Shown: positions 27,467 through 35,854 of the stretch, piece after piece | How positions within the stretch are numbered: position 1 is the first letter of the stretch | Layout: each line of letters begins with the position of its first letter | Assembly: GCA_047456315.1 (NCBI GenBank) | Contig: CP179889.1 | Span: 448,776-512,775, forward strand | DNA from: Candidatus Nealsonbacteria bacterium | GTDB lineage: Bacteria > Patescibacteriota > Minisyncoccia > Minisyncoccales > JANBVM01 | Length of the DNA stretch: 64,000 nt | Direction of reading: 5' to 3' | Position numbers and translations under genes: made by a program | The notes under the pieces: generated by a model | Told to the model about the DNA's origin: nothing | Seen by the model: the letters and a program-made list of their open reading frames with translations, nothing else | Database searches by the model: none

Positions 27467-27494
27467 CTGTGGTTTTTCCACAGGAAATCCACAG
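27467..27494 (-). promoter_or_regulatory. Candidate MraZ operator (CTGTGG repeats)
   Basis: Minus strand reads CTGTGG-ATTTC-CTGTGG-AAAAA-CCACAG. Two direct copies at 11-bp spacing plus one inverted copy, about 85-110 nt upstream of mraZ. Confidence 0.4.
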
Positions 27495-27567
27495 TTATTA
27501 GATGCTCTATTTAAAAATCTATATAAAAAACCGCCTTTAAGACGATTTTTAACTTTAACGACTGATT

Positions 27568-28041
27568 TTACTCTTTATTTCGTAATTTATTTAATTGTTC
27601 AGAAACCTTTTCACTGTGTTTTTTTGTAGCTTCAGCTAAATTTTTCAAAAGGTGTTTTAATTCTACTGAATCTCCCTCAAAGACTTCAAGACATTTTCTC
27701 TCTATTAAGGAGCTCTCTAAATAATAAGCTGTAGATAAAGCGTTGATCGGCAATAGCTTTTTGAATTTGGCTTCTGATATTTGTTTGTTTACTTCACCTA
27801 AAAATGTCTTTATTGCTTCCAGTCTGAATCTATCCTCATTAAAAAAAGCTGAGCCTTTTTTAGTCCTGTCCCGAAGATTACGTATCCAATTAGCGTGAAC
27901 TGTTTCGTCTTGTGACAAGCCCAACCAAAATTCTTTATCATCAGGAAACTTTTCACTGTATATTTTATACAATTCACTCAACGCTTCTTCGTTGTCTATT
28001 AACCCTTCTATTGCCTCGTTTTGATACTCTTTTAATTCCAT
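27568..28041 (-). CDS. Ferritin-like four-helix-bundle protein (tentative)
   Basis: 157 aa, all-helical. Possible di-metal ligand pair motifs (SQDETVHANW, LESSLIERK, AEATKKH). Confidence 0.35.
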   Translation of the reverse strand: MELKEYQNEAIEGLIDNEEALSELYKIYSEKFPDDKEFWLGLSQDETVHANWIRNLRDRTKKGSAFFNEDRFRLEAIKTFLGEVNKQISEAKFKKLLPINALSTAYYLESSLIERKCLEVFEGDSVELKHLLKNLAEATKKHSEKVSEQLNKLRNKE

Positions 28042-28081
28042 AGATTTATCTTATTTTATTTTAACAAAAAATCATTATCAA

Positions 28082-28107
28082 AACAAACCCGCATTTTTGC
28101 GGGTTTG
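28082..28107. terminator. Bidirectional intrinsic terminator
   Basis: Stem ACAAACCCGC / GCGGGTTTGT with loop ATTTTT, flanked by A and T runs. Confidence 0.6.
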
Positions 28108-28153
28108 TTATACACTGTTTTGCCAACGGTTTTTATTAGAAACAAAAGCAAAA

Positions 28154-29422
28154 TTATTCTTTTTCTATTGATGTTACAATATTGCTTCCCAAATCTATGG
28201 TAATCCAGTAATTTTCTCCTGTGCTTTCTTTTTCTAAAACTACAGTAACGGTCTCTATTCTTATTTCTGTCATTGTCTCAGTTTTAGTGATAATTGGTTT
28301 TGACCTGATAATTTCAAGAATCTCATAATCATTATCCTTTAATAAATCTTTAATTCTCTCATCTTTCTCGCCAATATCCTTTAGCATTGCCGCAAACATT
28401 TCTTTTTCAGTACCACTTCCAGGTCCGCTTGATTGACCCTCGCTTATTATTATTCCTTCATCAGGTAGGGATGTCTTAGTTCCATCCGGCTCAAGATAAA
28501 ACTTGGGCTTAATAGGATAAGGATATTCTAATTCGGGTTTTTCAATTCTACCTCCTGTTGAAAATGATACTGCTCCTTCCACTTTACCTGTAGTAAGATT
28601 AACCGTGATTATATCCTGATATTCATTGGACTTGAAAATCACATTGGCTCTTTTATCTTCTTTCAGGTCCGCGGAAGTAACTTCCATTCCTCCGTCAACA
28701 AGATCTTCATTCAGCCGAAGTTTAAGTTTAAGAGGAGGCACTGGCTTGACGATTATTTCTCTCTCTTCTAAATCAGAAATCATCTCCTGAATCTTTGGCT
28801 CGGTTTTGGCAATCTCAATTGCTCTGGCTTCTTCCTCTGCAGTTAAGGGAGAGATATTAATCTGCATTTCTTCAATCAATTCAAGTTTTTCTACTTTCTT
28901 TGCTTTAAGGTCTATTTCAGCAACCGAACCAGAAGATTCTATTATTTCGCCTGTTTTAGGATCTTGATAGACGATGTAAAATTGTCCGGGTCCGCGTATA
29001 CCTAAAGCGCTTGAGTCAGTTGCCTCTTCTATAGAGAGAGCTTTTTCTTCTAAGCCAAAAACAGGGGGCAATTTCTCCTCAGGAAGAGTAAGCAGAACAT
29101 AAGCTTTACCATCCTGTAGTTTTACTTCTTTAATCTCCACTCCGTAATCTTCTATTAATTGTTGAATCTGAGGATCATTTTTAGCGATTTCCATAGCTCT
29201 GGCTATCTGCAGTTTTGGCTGGATTATTGTAAAGCCTACAACTAAAATTAAAGCTAAAGCAACGCCAGCAGGAATTAATCTTTTTGTATAAAACATAATA
29301 GTTTTCTTCTTAAAATACCCAGAGTTAAGCAAGTCCATATTTAACCGATGTTGATGGCTTTGAATTTCAATATTTGGAGTTTTAACTTTCTCTAGTTTTT
29401 TAATTAAATCTTTCTTTTTCAT
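28154..29422 (-). CDS. Anti-sigma-factor-like membrane protein with PepSY-like extracytoplasmic repeats
   Basis: 422 aa. Short cytoplasmic N-terminus, single TM helix (LIPAGVALALILVVGFTII), three repeats of the type A.EIAK..P.IQ..I......TG.(I/V). Lies immediately downstream of the ECF sigma gene. Confidence 0.6.
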   Translation of the reverse strand: MKKKDLIKKLEKVKTPNIEIQSHQHRLNMDLLNSGYFKKKTIMFYTKRLIPAGVALALILVVGFTIIQPKLQIARAMEIAKNDPQIQQLIEDYGVEIKEVKLQDGKAYVLLTLPEEKLPPVFGLEEKALSIEEATDSSALGIRGPGQFYIVYQDPKTGEIIESSGSVAEIDLKAKKVEKLELIEEMQINISPLTAEEEARAIEIAKTEPKIQEMISDLEEREIIVKPVPPLKLKLRLNEDLVDGGMEVTSADLKEDKRANVIFKSNEYQDIITVNLTTGKVEGAVSFSTGGRIEKPELEYPYPIKPKFYLEPDGTKTSLPDEGIIISEGQSSGPGSGTEKEMFAAMLKDIGEKDERIKDLLKDNDYEILEIIRSKPIITKTETMTEIRIETVTVVLEKESTGENYWITIDLGSNIVTSIEKE

Positions 29423-29494
29423 AAACTCTAGATATTTAATAATTATTTTTACCTTTTTTTGACCTTTATGAGCATTTTACAATACTCTATAAAC

Positions 29495-29522
29495 ATAACG
29501 CATTAAGTCAAAAAAGGTTGCG
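29495..29522 (-). promoter_or_regulatory. ECF-type promoter GCAACC-N15-CGTTAT
   Basis: Hexamers at 29516-29521 and 29495-29500, 72 nt upstream of the anti-sigma start, directly after the sigma stop codon. Confidence 0.5.
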
Positions 29523-30071
29523 TTAATTTATTAATTTTCTTAATTTTTCTAAACCACGGTGTAATAAAGATTTTATTGTCCCCTCTTTTTTTCCTAAAAT
29601 TTCACCAATTTCTTTAATTTTCTTTTTTTCAAGAAATCTTAATACAATTACTTCCTGATACTTAATAGGAAGCTTAGAAATTTTTTCTTGAAGCATTAAA
29701 AAGTCCTGATGTTTTTTTAATTCTTGCTCAGCTTCAATAATTTCAGTAAAGGGATTTGAAAGCGCAACTGGTTCTGGAATTTTCTCTAAAGAAACTTTAT
29801 ATTTATTTTTCCTAAAGTAATTAGCAATTTCATTATTCACAATTTTATAAAGCCAGGCCGAAAAAGAAATGTTTTTCCAACGGAATTGCCAGAGTTTCTT
29901 TAAGGCCTTAAAAAATGTTTCTGAGGTTATGTCCTGAGCAATCTCTAAATTGGCTGTTCTTTTTAAGGCATAACCAAAAATCCTGGAATAATGCTCATTA
30001 TAAAGCTTAGCAAAAGCCTTCGGGTCTTTTTGGGCTTTTTTGACTAATTCTCTCTCTTTTTCTAAATTCAT
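29523..30071 (-). CDS. RNA polymerase sigma factor, ECF (group 4) subfamily
   Basis: 182 aa. Region 2 (FAKLYNEHYSRIFGYALKRT..AQDITSETF) and region 4 HTH (YQEVIVLRFLEKKKIKEIGEILGKKEGTIKSLLHRGLEKLR). Confidence 0.88.
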   Translation of the reverse strand: MNLEKERELVKKAQKDPKAFAKLYNEHYSRIFGYALKRTANLEIAQDITSETFFKALKKLWQFRWKNISFSAWLYKIVNNEIANYFRKNKYKVSLEKIPEPVALSNPFTEIIEAEQELKKHQDFLMLQEKISKLPIKYQEVIVLRFLEKKKIKEIGEILGKKEGTIKSLLHRGLEKLRKLIN

Positions 30072-30108
30072 ATCTAAAATAAAAAGGATTTTCCGCCTTT
30101 ATTTCAGT

Positions 30109-30136
30109 ATAACGCAGAAAATCCTAAAAAGTTGCA
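30109..30136 (-). promoter_or_regulatory. ECF-type promoter GCAACT-N15-CGTTAT (putative autoregulation)
   Basis: Hexamers at 30130-30135 and 30109-30114, 37 nt upstream of the sigma start. Confidence 0.5.
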
Positions 30137-30268
30137 TTTAATTTTATTCAGAAAGCAATTTAACACTACCTTCTCGAACCGCCGAGACAATGAGCGCAGT
30201 TATCAAATCCTTTTTTATGAGCATCAATAAGATTCGTAAATTTCACTTTATTAGCATTCTTAACTAAT

Positions 30269-30548
30269 TCAAGCCATGGCAGCACGTTTCATAAAAAAAG
30301 TCAAAAATGAACTGGAGCGACAAAAAATCATTGCTGAAAACAATACGACTGGAATTAAAAGAAGATACTGAGTTTTAAATAATTTCTGTTGAAACTTTTT
30401 AGTTAAAATTAAAGAAAAAATAATTAGAATTAAAATAAAAACAAAAAATGCAACACCCCACTGGTTTTCCATAAAATAAATAATCAACGAGCAGACCCAA
30501 AATCACTGCAAAAGAAATTAAATAATATTTTTTATTCTCTTTTTTCAT
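30269..30548 (-). pseudogene. Decayed membrane-protein gene (frameshifted and truncated)
   Basis: ATG at 30548 opens MKKENKKYYLISFAVILGLLVDYLFYGKP.., which stops after ~49 codons. The hydrophobic sequence continues in another frame as listed ORF 30269..30487, which ends prematurely. Confidence 0.3.
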
Positions 30549-30647
30549 TTCTTCTTCTTTAAAATAGATTATTTTATTTTTTTTATAGAGATAATTTATC
30601 TACTTTCAAAATAACCTCTTTTTTGAGAAAGTGCAAGACAAAATTAA

Positions 30648-30668
30648 AAACCCGAAATATCGGGTTAA
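30648..30668 (-). terminator. Intrinsic terminator
   Basis: Minus-strand AACCCGATATTTCGGGTT hairpin followed by TTTTT. Confidence 0.55.
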
Positions 30669-30672
30669 TAAT

Positions 30673-30690
30673 GCATCTCGGTCTCTCGAA
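30673..30690 (-). repeat. 18-nt conserved motif, copy C
   Basis: Plus strand GCATCTCGGTCTCTCGAA. Here it pairs with the adjacent CCGAG to form a CTCGGT/ACCGAG hairpin. Confidence 0.6.
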
Positions 30691-30703
30691 CCGAGCACTA
30701 ACC

Positions 30704-30727
30704 TGCTCCAGCGACAGGACTCGAACC
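30704..30727 (-). other. Orphan tRNA 3'-end-like fragment (T loop plus acceptor 3' strand)
   Basis: Minus strand GGTTCGAGTCCTGTCGCTGGAGCA resembles T-loop/T-stem/acceptor/discriminator. No matching 5' half (TCCAGCG) upstream. Confidence 0.45.
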
Positions 30728-30737
30728 AATAACAATA

Positions 30738-33296
30738 TTAAGGATTAACTATTAATTTAAAATCTTTTGGTTCTAATTCCACTCTATCCCCTCTTTTAAT
30801 TTCATTAGAGAGCAGGGCTTTAGCAAACACATTACCAATTTTATCCTGAATAACTCTATTCATTTGCCTTGCTCCAAATCTTGTATCATAGCTTAAATCA
30901 ACTATTTTTCGTTTAAGTTCATCTGTTATAATAAACTCAATATCTTTTTTGGCTAAATTTTTCTTTAACTTATTAAGCAATAACTCTGAAATATCTAAAA
31001 GATTTTCCTTGCTTAAAGCTTTAAATAAAACAACAGCATCAAAACGATTAATAAACTCTGGTCTGAATATCCTTTTTTTAAATAGATAGTTTATAAGGTC
31101 CTCTCTAATATCTTCCATTTTTTTATTCTCTTTTAATGCATCTAAAATTATTAAATATCCAGCATTAGAAGTGGCAATAATAATCGTGTTTTTAAAATTA
31201 ACCTTTCTTCCCAAGCCATCAGTAATATACCCTTCATCTAAAACCTGCAAAAACAGATTCAAAATATTGGGATGAGCTTTTTCTATTTCATCTAATAAGA
31301 CCAAAGAAAATGGATTTTCTACCACTTTAGTTGTTAATAGTCCTTCCCGGCCAGTAGAACCAATCAGTCGCGATATATCTGAGATTTCTTGGAACTCTGA
31401 CATATCTAATCTAATCATTTTCTCTTCTTTACCAAAATAAATTTCAGTCAAGGATTTAGCTGTTTCAGTTTTCCCTACTCCTGTTGGTCCTAAAAACAGA
31501 AATGCTCCCATTGGTCCTTTTCTGATAGTAACCTCTGTTCTGGCCCTTCTTAACGCCTCTGCCACCTCTCTAACTGCAGTTTCCTGGTTAATGATTCTTT
31601 TATGAATCAATTCCTCTAAATTAAGAAGTTTTTCTTTTTCTTTTGATTCAACCTCGCCCACAGGAATTTCAGTTCTCTCAGACACAATTTTAGCAACATG
31701 TTTCGGTAAAACTGTCTTTTCTTTTATTTGAGAAACATAAGAAACCACGTCATCTAACAGGTCAATTGCTTTTTCAGGAAAAGGAGCATCAGCAAAATAC
31801 TTATCAGAAAAATTAATAATATCCCGCATTGCTGGATAAGAAATAAACTGCTTATACTTTACCTCTTTTAAAGGAACTAAATTCTCTAAAACAATTAAAG
31901 ATTCTTGTTTTGTGATTTCCTTTACTTCAACCTTTTCAAAAAAAGACAAAATTGAAGGATTCTCTTCAATATATTTATGAAGACCAGCAAAGCTAGTAAT
32001 AGCTATGACTTGAAATTGAGATAGGTTTAAGAATGAGCTTATCACGCTTGTTATATCAAGCGCTCCTGGCCGTTTTACTCCGCCAACAAAATTATGAAAA
32101 TCATTAATAACTAAAATCACATTGCCAGCTGAGACAGCTTCATTAAACATTAAGTTTAAAATATCTCCAGCAGCTTGAGCGCTCTGGGCTTGAGTTAACA
32201 AGGACGGCAAATCAATCTCTATTAATCTTTTATGATTTAATTCTTTTGATATTTCTCCAAAAACACTTCTTTTAGCAAAGGCCTCAACTATACTTTTTCT
32301 TCCGCTTCCAGGCTTGCCAACAAGCAATATATTGTTTTGCTTTTCTTTTGCCAAAATCCTTTCTACTGCTTTCATTTCTGTCTCATGACCAATTATTTTG
32401 GCAAATCCTCCTCTTGCTATTTCTGATAAATCAACAGAGAACTTATCTAAATCAACAGTATAACCAACTGTCCATTCCTTGCCCAAAGAACCAAGCTTAA
32501 GCAGATTTTTCCACTCCCAGAACCTTTTTTTCTGAGATATATTTTGTTCGATTCTCTCCAGCCAATTAACTAAATTATCAATATCTTTTGCTTTTAAATT
32601 GTTATTAATTAAAATTTCTTTAAAAACCAGATTGTTTTTTGACAAAGAAAAGATTATATCACCAAGCTCAATTCTTTGATGGTTTCTTTTTTGAGCAATT
32701 TCCAAGGCCTCTAAAATTGATACTTTAAAATCTTGACTATAGCTTTCTTTAAAAGCGCTCTTATCAATTGTTTTAATTGTTTTCAGCAGCATTTCTCGAA
32801 TTTCCTTAATATCAAAAAGAGCTCTTGAAAAAATAAAGTTTAAACCAAGATTATTCTTTAATAATTGATAAAGCAAAATAGATGAATTAACTTCAGAAAT
32901 CTTTTTTGATCTGGCAAATTTAACAGATTCAGAAACTGCCCTAGATGCTTCAAATCCTAAAAACTCTGCTAAATTATATTTCCCAGGATTCAAAGCTACT
33001 TGCTTAATAGTTGCTTTTAGCTTTGGTTTTTTAAGAAACTCTAAAAATGAGCTTTTAATGTTTGAAATTATACTGAGTGTTAAGAATAAGATTGAAAAAC
33101 CAACTAATCTTCTGGCAAAAACCCATGAAGCGCTTCCAGGTAAAAAGGAATTGATTAAAGCTAAAAACGAAGCAATAAATAAAACCATGAACAACTTTCT
33201 AAATATGCTTCTATACCTAAAAAGAATGCTTCTTTCTAAAGCTACTGCCTCATAAATTTCACTTTCTTTTAAATTAAATTGAAAGTCTAATGCCAT
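30738..33296 (-). CDS. Membrane-anchored Clp/Hsp100-family AAA+ protein (two NBDs, NBD1 degenerate)
   Basis: 852 aa with two N-terminal TM helices, then Clp_N-like repeats. NBD1 Walker A is GKPGSGRKS and Walker B is VINDFH (consensus GEPGVGKT / IDELH). NBD2 is canonical (GPTGVGKTE, LLDEIEKAH). No long M-domain or IGF-type loop seen. Confidence 0.8.
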   Translation of the reverse strand: MALDFQFNLKESEIYEAVALERSILFRYRSIFRKLFMVLFIASFLALINSFLPGSASWVFARRLVGFSILFLTLSIISNIKSSFLEFLKKPKLKATIKQVALNPGKYNLAEFLGFEASRAVSESVKFARSKKISEVNSSILLYQLLKNNLGLNFIFSRALFDIKEIREMLLKTIKTIDKSAFKESYSQDFKVSILEALEIAQKRNHQRIELGDIIFSLSKNNLVFKEILINNNLKAKDIDNLVNWLERIEQNISQKKRFWEWKNLLKLGSLGKEWTVGYTVDLDKFSVDLSEIARGGFAKIIGHETEMKAVERILAKEKQNNILLVGKPGSGRKSIVEAFAKRSVFGEISKELNHKRLIEIDLPSLLTQAQSAQAAGDILNLMFNEAVSAGNVILVINDFHNFVGGVKRPGALDITSVISSFLNLSQFQVIAITSFAGLHKYIEENPSILSFFEKVEVKEITKQESLIVLENLVPLKEVKYKQFISYPAMRDIINFSDKYFADAPFPEKAIDLLDDVVSYVSQIKEKTVLPKHVAKIVSERTEIPVGEVESKEKEKLLNLEELIHKRIINQETAVREVAEALRRARTEVTIRKGPMGAFLFLGPTGVGKTETAKSLTEIYFGKEEKMIRLDMSEFQEISDISRLIGSTGREGLLTTKVVENPFSLVLLDEIEKAHPNILNLFLQVLDEGYITDGLGRKVNFKNTIIIATSNAGYLIILDALKENKKMEDIREDLINYLFKKRIFRPEFINRFDAVVLFKALSKENLLDISELLLNKLKKNLAKKDIEFIITDELKRKIVDLSYDTRFGARQMNRVIQDKIGNVFAKALLSNEIKRGDRVELEPKDFKLIVNP

Positions 33297-33669
33297 GATA
33301 AATTCCTAAGATTAAAAAAACAGGTAAAACCAGCCAAGCCGCTAAAACAAAAACACCAAAAACCAAAATGAAAATTTCTGAGATAATGCCAATTATTATT
33401 AAAACGCTTCTGGGAATAAACCCAAGCACTCTAGAAATTAAATTAGAAAAAGCAACCTCAGCATATTTTCCCAAATCAAATGATTTTGGATAAAACCATC
33501 TATAATTTCTCCAGGGAGAAAAAAGTGTTTTTAAAAGCAAGCCAACAGAAAAATAATTTAATCCAAATCTAAGATAATTACCCCATCCTTTTAAAATACT
33601 TTTTGGAGCTTCAATAAAATGCCACCAAATATATTTTAAAACAGTATTTTGCTTTATAATTTTTATCAT
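33274..33669 (-). CDS. Small membrane protein
   Basis: 131 aa with about 3 TM helices. Overlaps the Clp-like gene by 23 nt. Confidence 0.6.
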   Translation of the reverse strand: MIKIIKQNTVLKYIWWHFIEAPKSILKGWGNYLRFGLNYFSVGLLLKTLFSPWRNYRWFYPKSFDLGKYAEVAFSNLISRVLGFIPRSVLIIIGIISEIFILVFGVFVLAAWLVLPVFLILGIYHGIRLSI

Positions 33670-34004
33670 TTTTTAATTAAGTTAACTCCTAAACCAGCAA
33701 CTTTACTTCCACCAAGCATTAAAACACCTGCTCCTATTGTCCAGACAATTAAATTTAAAAACTGGGGCAAGCTTTCAAGCGGCAACATATTAGCCAGCTG
33801 CTGGGATATCATTTCTCCAAACTGATCAGGATTTGTGGGAAGACCTCCTTGTCCAGAGGTTTTAGGTTTTTCAATATTTAAACTAATAATCTCTGGTGCT
33901 GATGCTTTCCCGGTAAAGATATTATATGTGTGATAAATTGTCAAAACTATTATTGAAATGCCAATTATAAATATTAACCAGCCAATTATCTTAGTTGTAT
34001 CCAT
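33666..34004 (-). CDS. Small membrane protein
   Basis: 112 aa with 2 TM helices. 4-nt overlap with the downstream gene. Confidence 0.6.
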   Translation of the reverse strand: MDTTKIIGWLIFIIGISIIVLTIYHTYNIFTGKASAPEIISLNIEKPKTSGQGGLPTNPDQFGEMISQQLANMLPLESLPQFLNLIVWTIGAGVLMLGGSKVAGLGVNLIKK

Positions 34005-34042
34005 GCTTTTAATATATTATTTATTATTAATATATTTTACTG

Positions 34043-35032
34043 TTATTTTTTAACTCTTGCAAAACGATACTTTTTAAACTGATCTTTAAAAAATCTAAAT
34101 CTCGAGTAACCCTCTTCTCTTAGTATTTTTTCAATAGCACTCTTCTGCTGCGGGTCAAACTCAAGATAAATAACACCTTGCTTTTTTAAAAATATCCTGG
34201 CAAGGCCTAAAAACTTTCTAATATGGTTTAGCCCTTTTTGACCTGAAAAAAGAGCTTTCTGAGGTTCATACTCTAAAACTGAATCCCCTACTTCATCTGT
34301 TCTTTGCTTAGCCACATAAGGAGGATTAGCAAAAATATAGGCATATTTTTTATTCTTTAATCCTTTGAACAAATCTGACTGATATATCTCATATCTTTGA
34401 GAAAGAACTTTATTTAGTTTCAAATTTATTCTGATCTGCTCAAGAGCTTTTTTATCAATATCAGAAAAATCTACACTGCTTGTTTTAATCTTCTTTAAAA
34501 CAGCAACACCAATACATCCAGAACCGGCAAACATGTCTAAAACCTTTAAATCTTTTGTTTGTTTAATTTCCTTGATTGCTTTTTTAACCCAAAACTCTGT
34601 TTCAATCCTTGGGATAAAAACTTTTTTTGATAAATCAATCTCACAATTTAAGAATTTTACCCTTCCTTTAGTATATTCTTCAGGAATATCAGCTTTGAAA
34701 TCATGCTTTAATTCCCATAAAATATCTTCTGGTATTGGAGGCGGCTGTCTTTTTGGACTTATTCCAGGATAACGCCAGGCAGTAATAATTTTTGTTATTC
34801 TCTTATACTTCTGATACATTAACCAGATTTCAGTAGGATGTTTCTTTGTTCCAGTTTTCTCCATTACTGCCACAGTTTTTGGGGCAATTCCAAGCTCTTT
34901 TCTGTCTGGGTTACGCAGCACTCTTTTCAATCGGTTTTCAGATAAGCGATAATATCTCATTTTATCTCTAACATGCCTTGTCCAATAAAATCTCTCTTGT
35001 TGAGAAATAAGTTTCATAATTATAAGATTCAA
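34043..35032 (-). CDS. prmC: Release-factor glutamine N5-methyltransferase (PrmC/HemK core) fused to a DUF4258-like N-terminal domain
   Basis: 329 aa. C-terminal part: FIPRIETE, VLDMFAGSGCIGVA, IFANPPYV. The N-terminal ~100 aa (FYWTRHVRDKMRYYRLSENRLKRVLRNPD..IWLMYQ..ITAWRY) resembles small DUF4258-type proteins. Confidence 0.75.
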   Translation of the reverse strand: MNLIIMKLISQQERFYWTRHVRDKMRYYRLSENRLKRVLRNPDRKELGIAPKTVAVMEKTGTKKHPTEIWLMYQKYKRITKIITAWRYPGISPKRQPPPIPEDILWELKHDFKADIPEEYTKGRVKFLNCEIDLSKKVFIPRIETEFWVKKAIKEIKQTKDLKVLDMFAGSGCIGVAVLKKIKTSSVDFSDIDKKALEQIRINLKLNKVLSQRYEIYQSDLFKGLKNKKYAYIFANPPYVAKQRTDEVGDSVLEYEPQKALFSGQKGLNHIRKFLGLARIFLKKQGVIYLEFDPQQKSAIEKILREEGYSRFRFFKDQFKKYRFARVKK

Positions 35033-35854
35033 CTATTCCAATAAAAGCTCTGCCTCTTTAACCAGTTTATCTAGTTCCTTTGACGATAGATTCAGTTTTT
35101 TAACAAGCTGGTTTAAAGAAAGATCTAAAAGGTTTAAAACAAGCATCATTTTCTTCTCTGCAAAAATATTCTTAAAGTGGGGCTTAAAAGAAGGAAGAAT
35201 GGTAATAGGATAAAGATTGTATTCTTCTATCATATACTCAAGCCCTTTGCCTCTTGGATATTTCCAGCCCAAAAGACCAACACCGTAACACTCACAATAA
35301 TTAATTGCCTCACTGGTAAATTTAGCATTTGTTACTATTATTGTTTTTGAGTTCTTAAATTTAGGATTATTTGAAATATCTAAAAACCTTGCGTAATTAT
35401 ATAGTGCCACCTTTAAATCAACTCTTGCTCCAGCAGAAGTATGATATTTGCATTCACCAAGGTGAAACAGCTTGTCTTTTTGAGCCAAGAAATCTATTTC
35501 ATATGATGATATACATTTACCAGCTATAATTTGATTGGTTTTTACTTTAAAACCATTTCTTGAAAAAATCTCAGCAATGTATTTTTCAAAATCAAAACCA
35601 CTGGGACCAAGCCTTCTCATGGCCTGTTTTAAAGAAAACTTCATTGACGCAGCTGGAGATTCTTTTAAAAGCTTTTTGACGAGCCTATATATCTCAGAGG
35701 TTTTAATTTCAGGGTAAATCTTTTTTTCAATATCATGAGCAATTCTTTTTGCCAACTTATCTGAAGCTCCTGCTCTTTTTGAAGAACGATATACTTTATC
35801 AAAAGAGAAAAGTTCTTTCTCTCTTCTTGCATTAACTACGTAAATTTTTTTCAT
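35033..35854 (-). CDS. ATP-cone domain protein with restriction-endonuclease (Mrr_cat-like) domain
   Basis: 273 aa. N-terminal ATP-cone pattern (IYVVNARREKELFSFDKVYRS..), then FEKYIAEIFSRNGFKV...YEIDFLAQKD..LGECKYH. Confidence 0.65.
   Translation of the reverse strand: MKKIYVVNARREKELFSFDKVYRSSKRAGASDKLAKRIAHDIEKKIYPEIKTSEIYRLVKKLLKESPAASMKFSLKQAMRRLGPSGFDFEKYIAEIFSRNGFKVKTNQIIAGKCISSYEIDFLAQKDKLFHLGECKYHTSAGARVDLKVALYNYARFLDISNNPKFKNSKTIIVTNAKFTSEAINYCECYGVGLLGWKYPRGKGLEYMIEEYNLYPITILPSFKPHFKNIFAEKKMMLVLNLLDLSLNQLVKKLNLSSKELDKLVKEAELLLE

Noticed and set aside
30704-30727. Possible complete tRNA gene
   Set aside because: Only the T-loop and acceptor 3' strand are recognisable. The T-stem 5' strand pairs poorly and no complementary acceptor 5' strand or anticodon arm lies upstream, inside the Clp-like coding region. 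It is kept only as a fragment.
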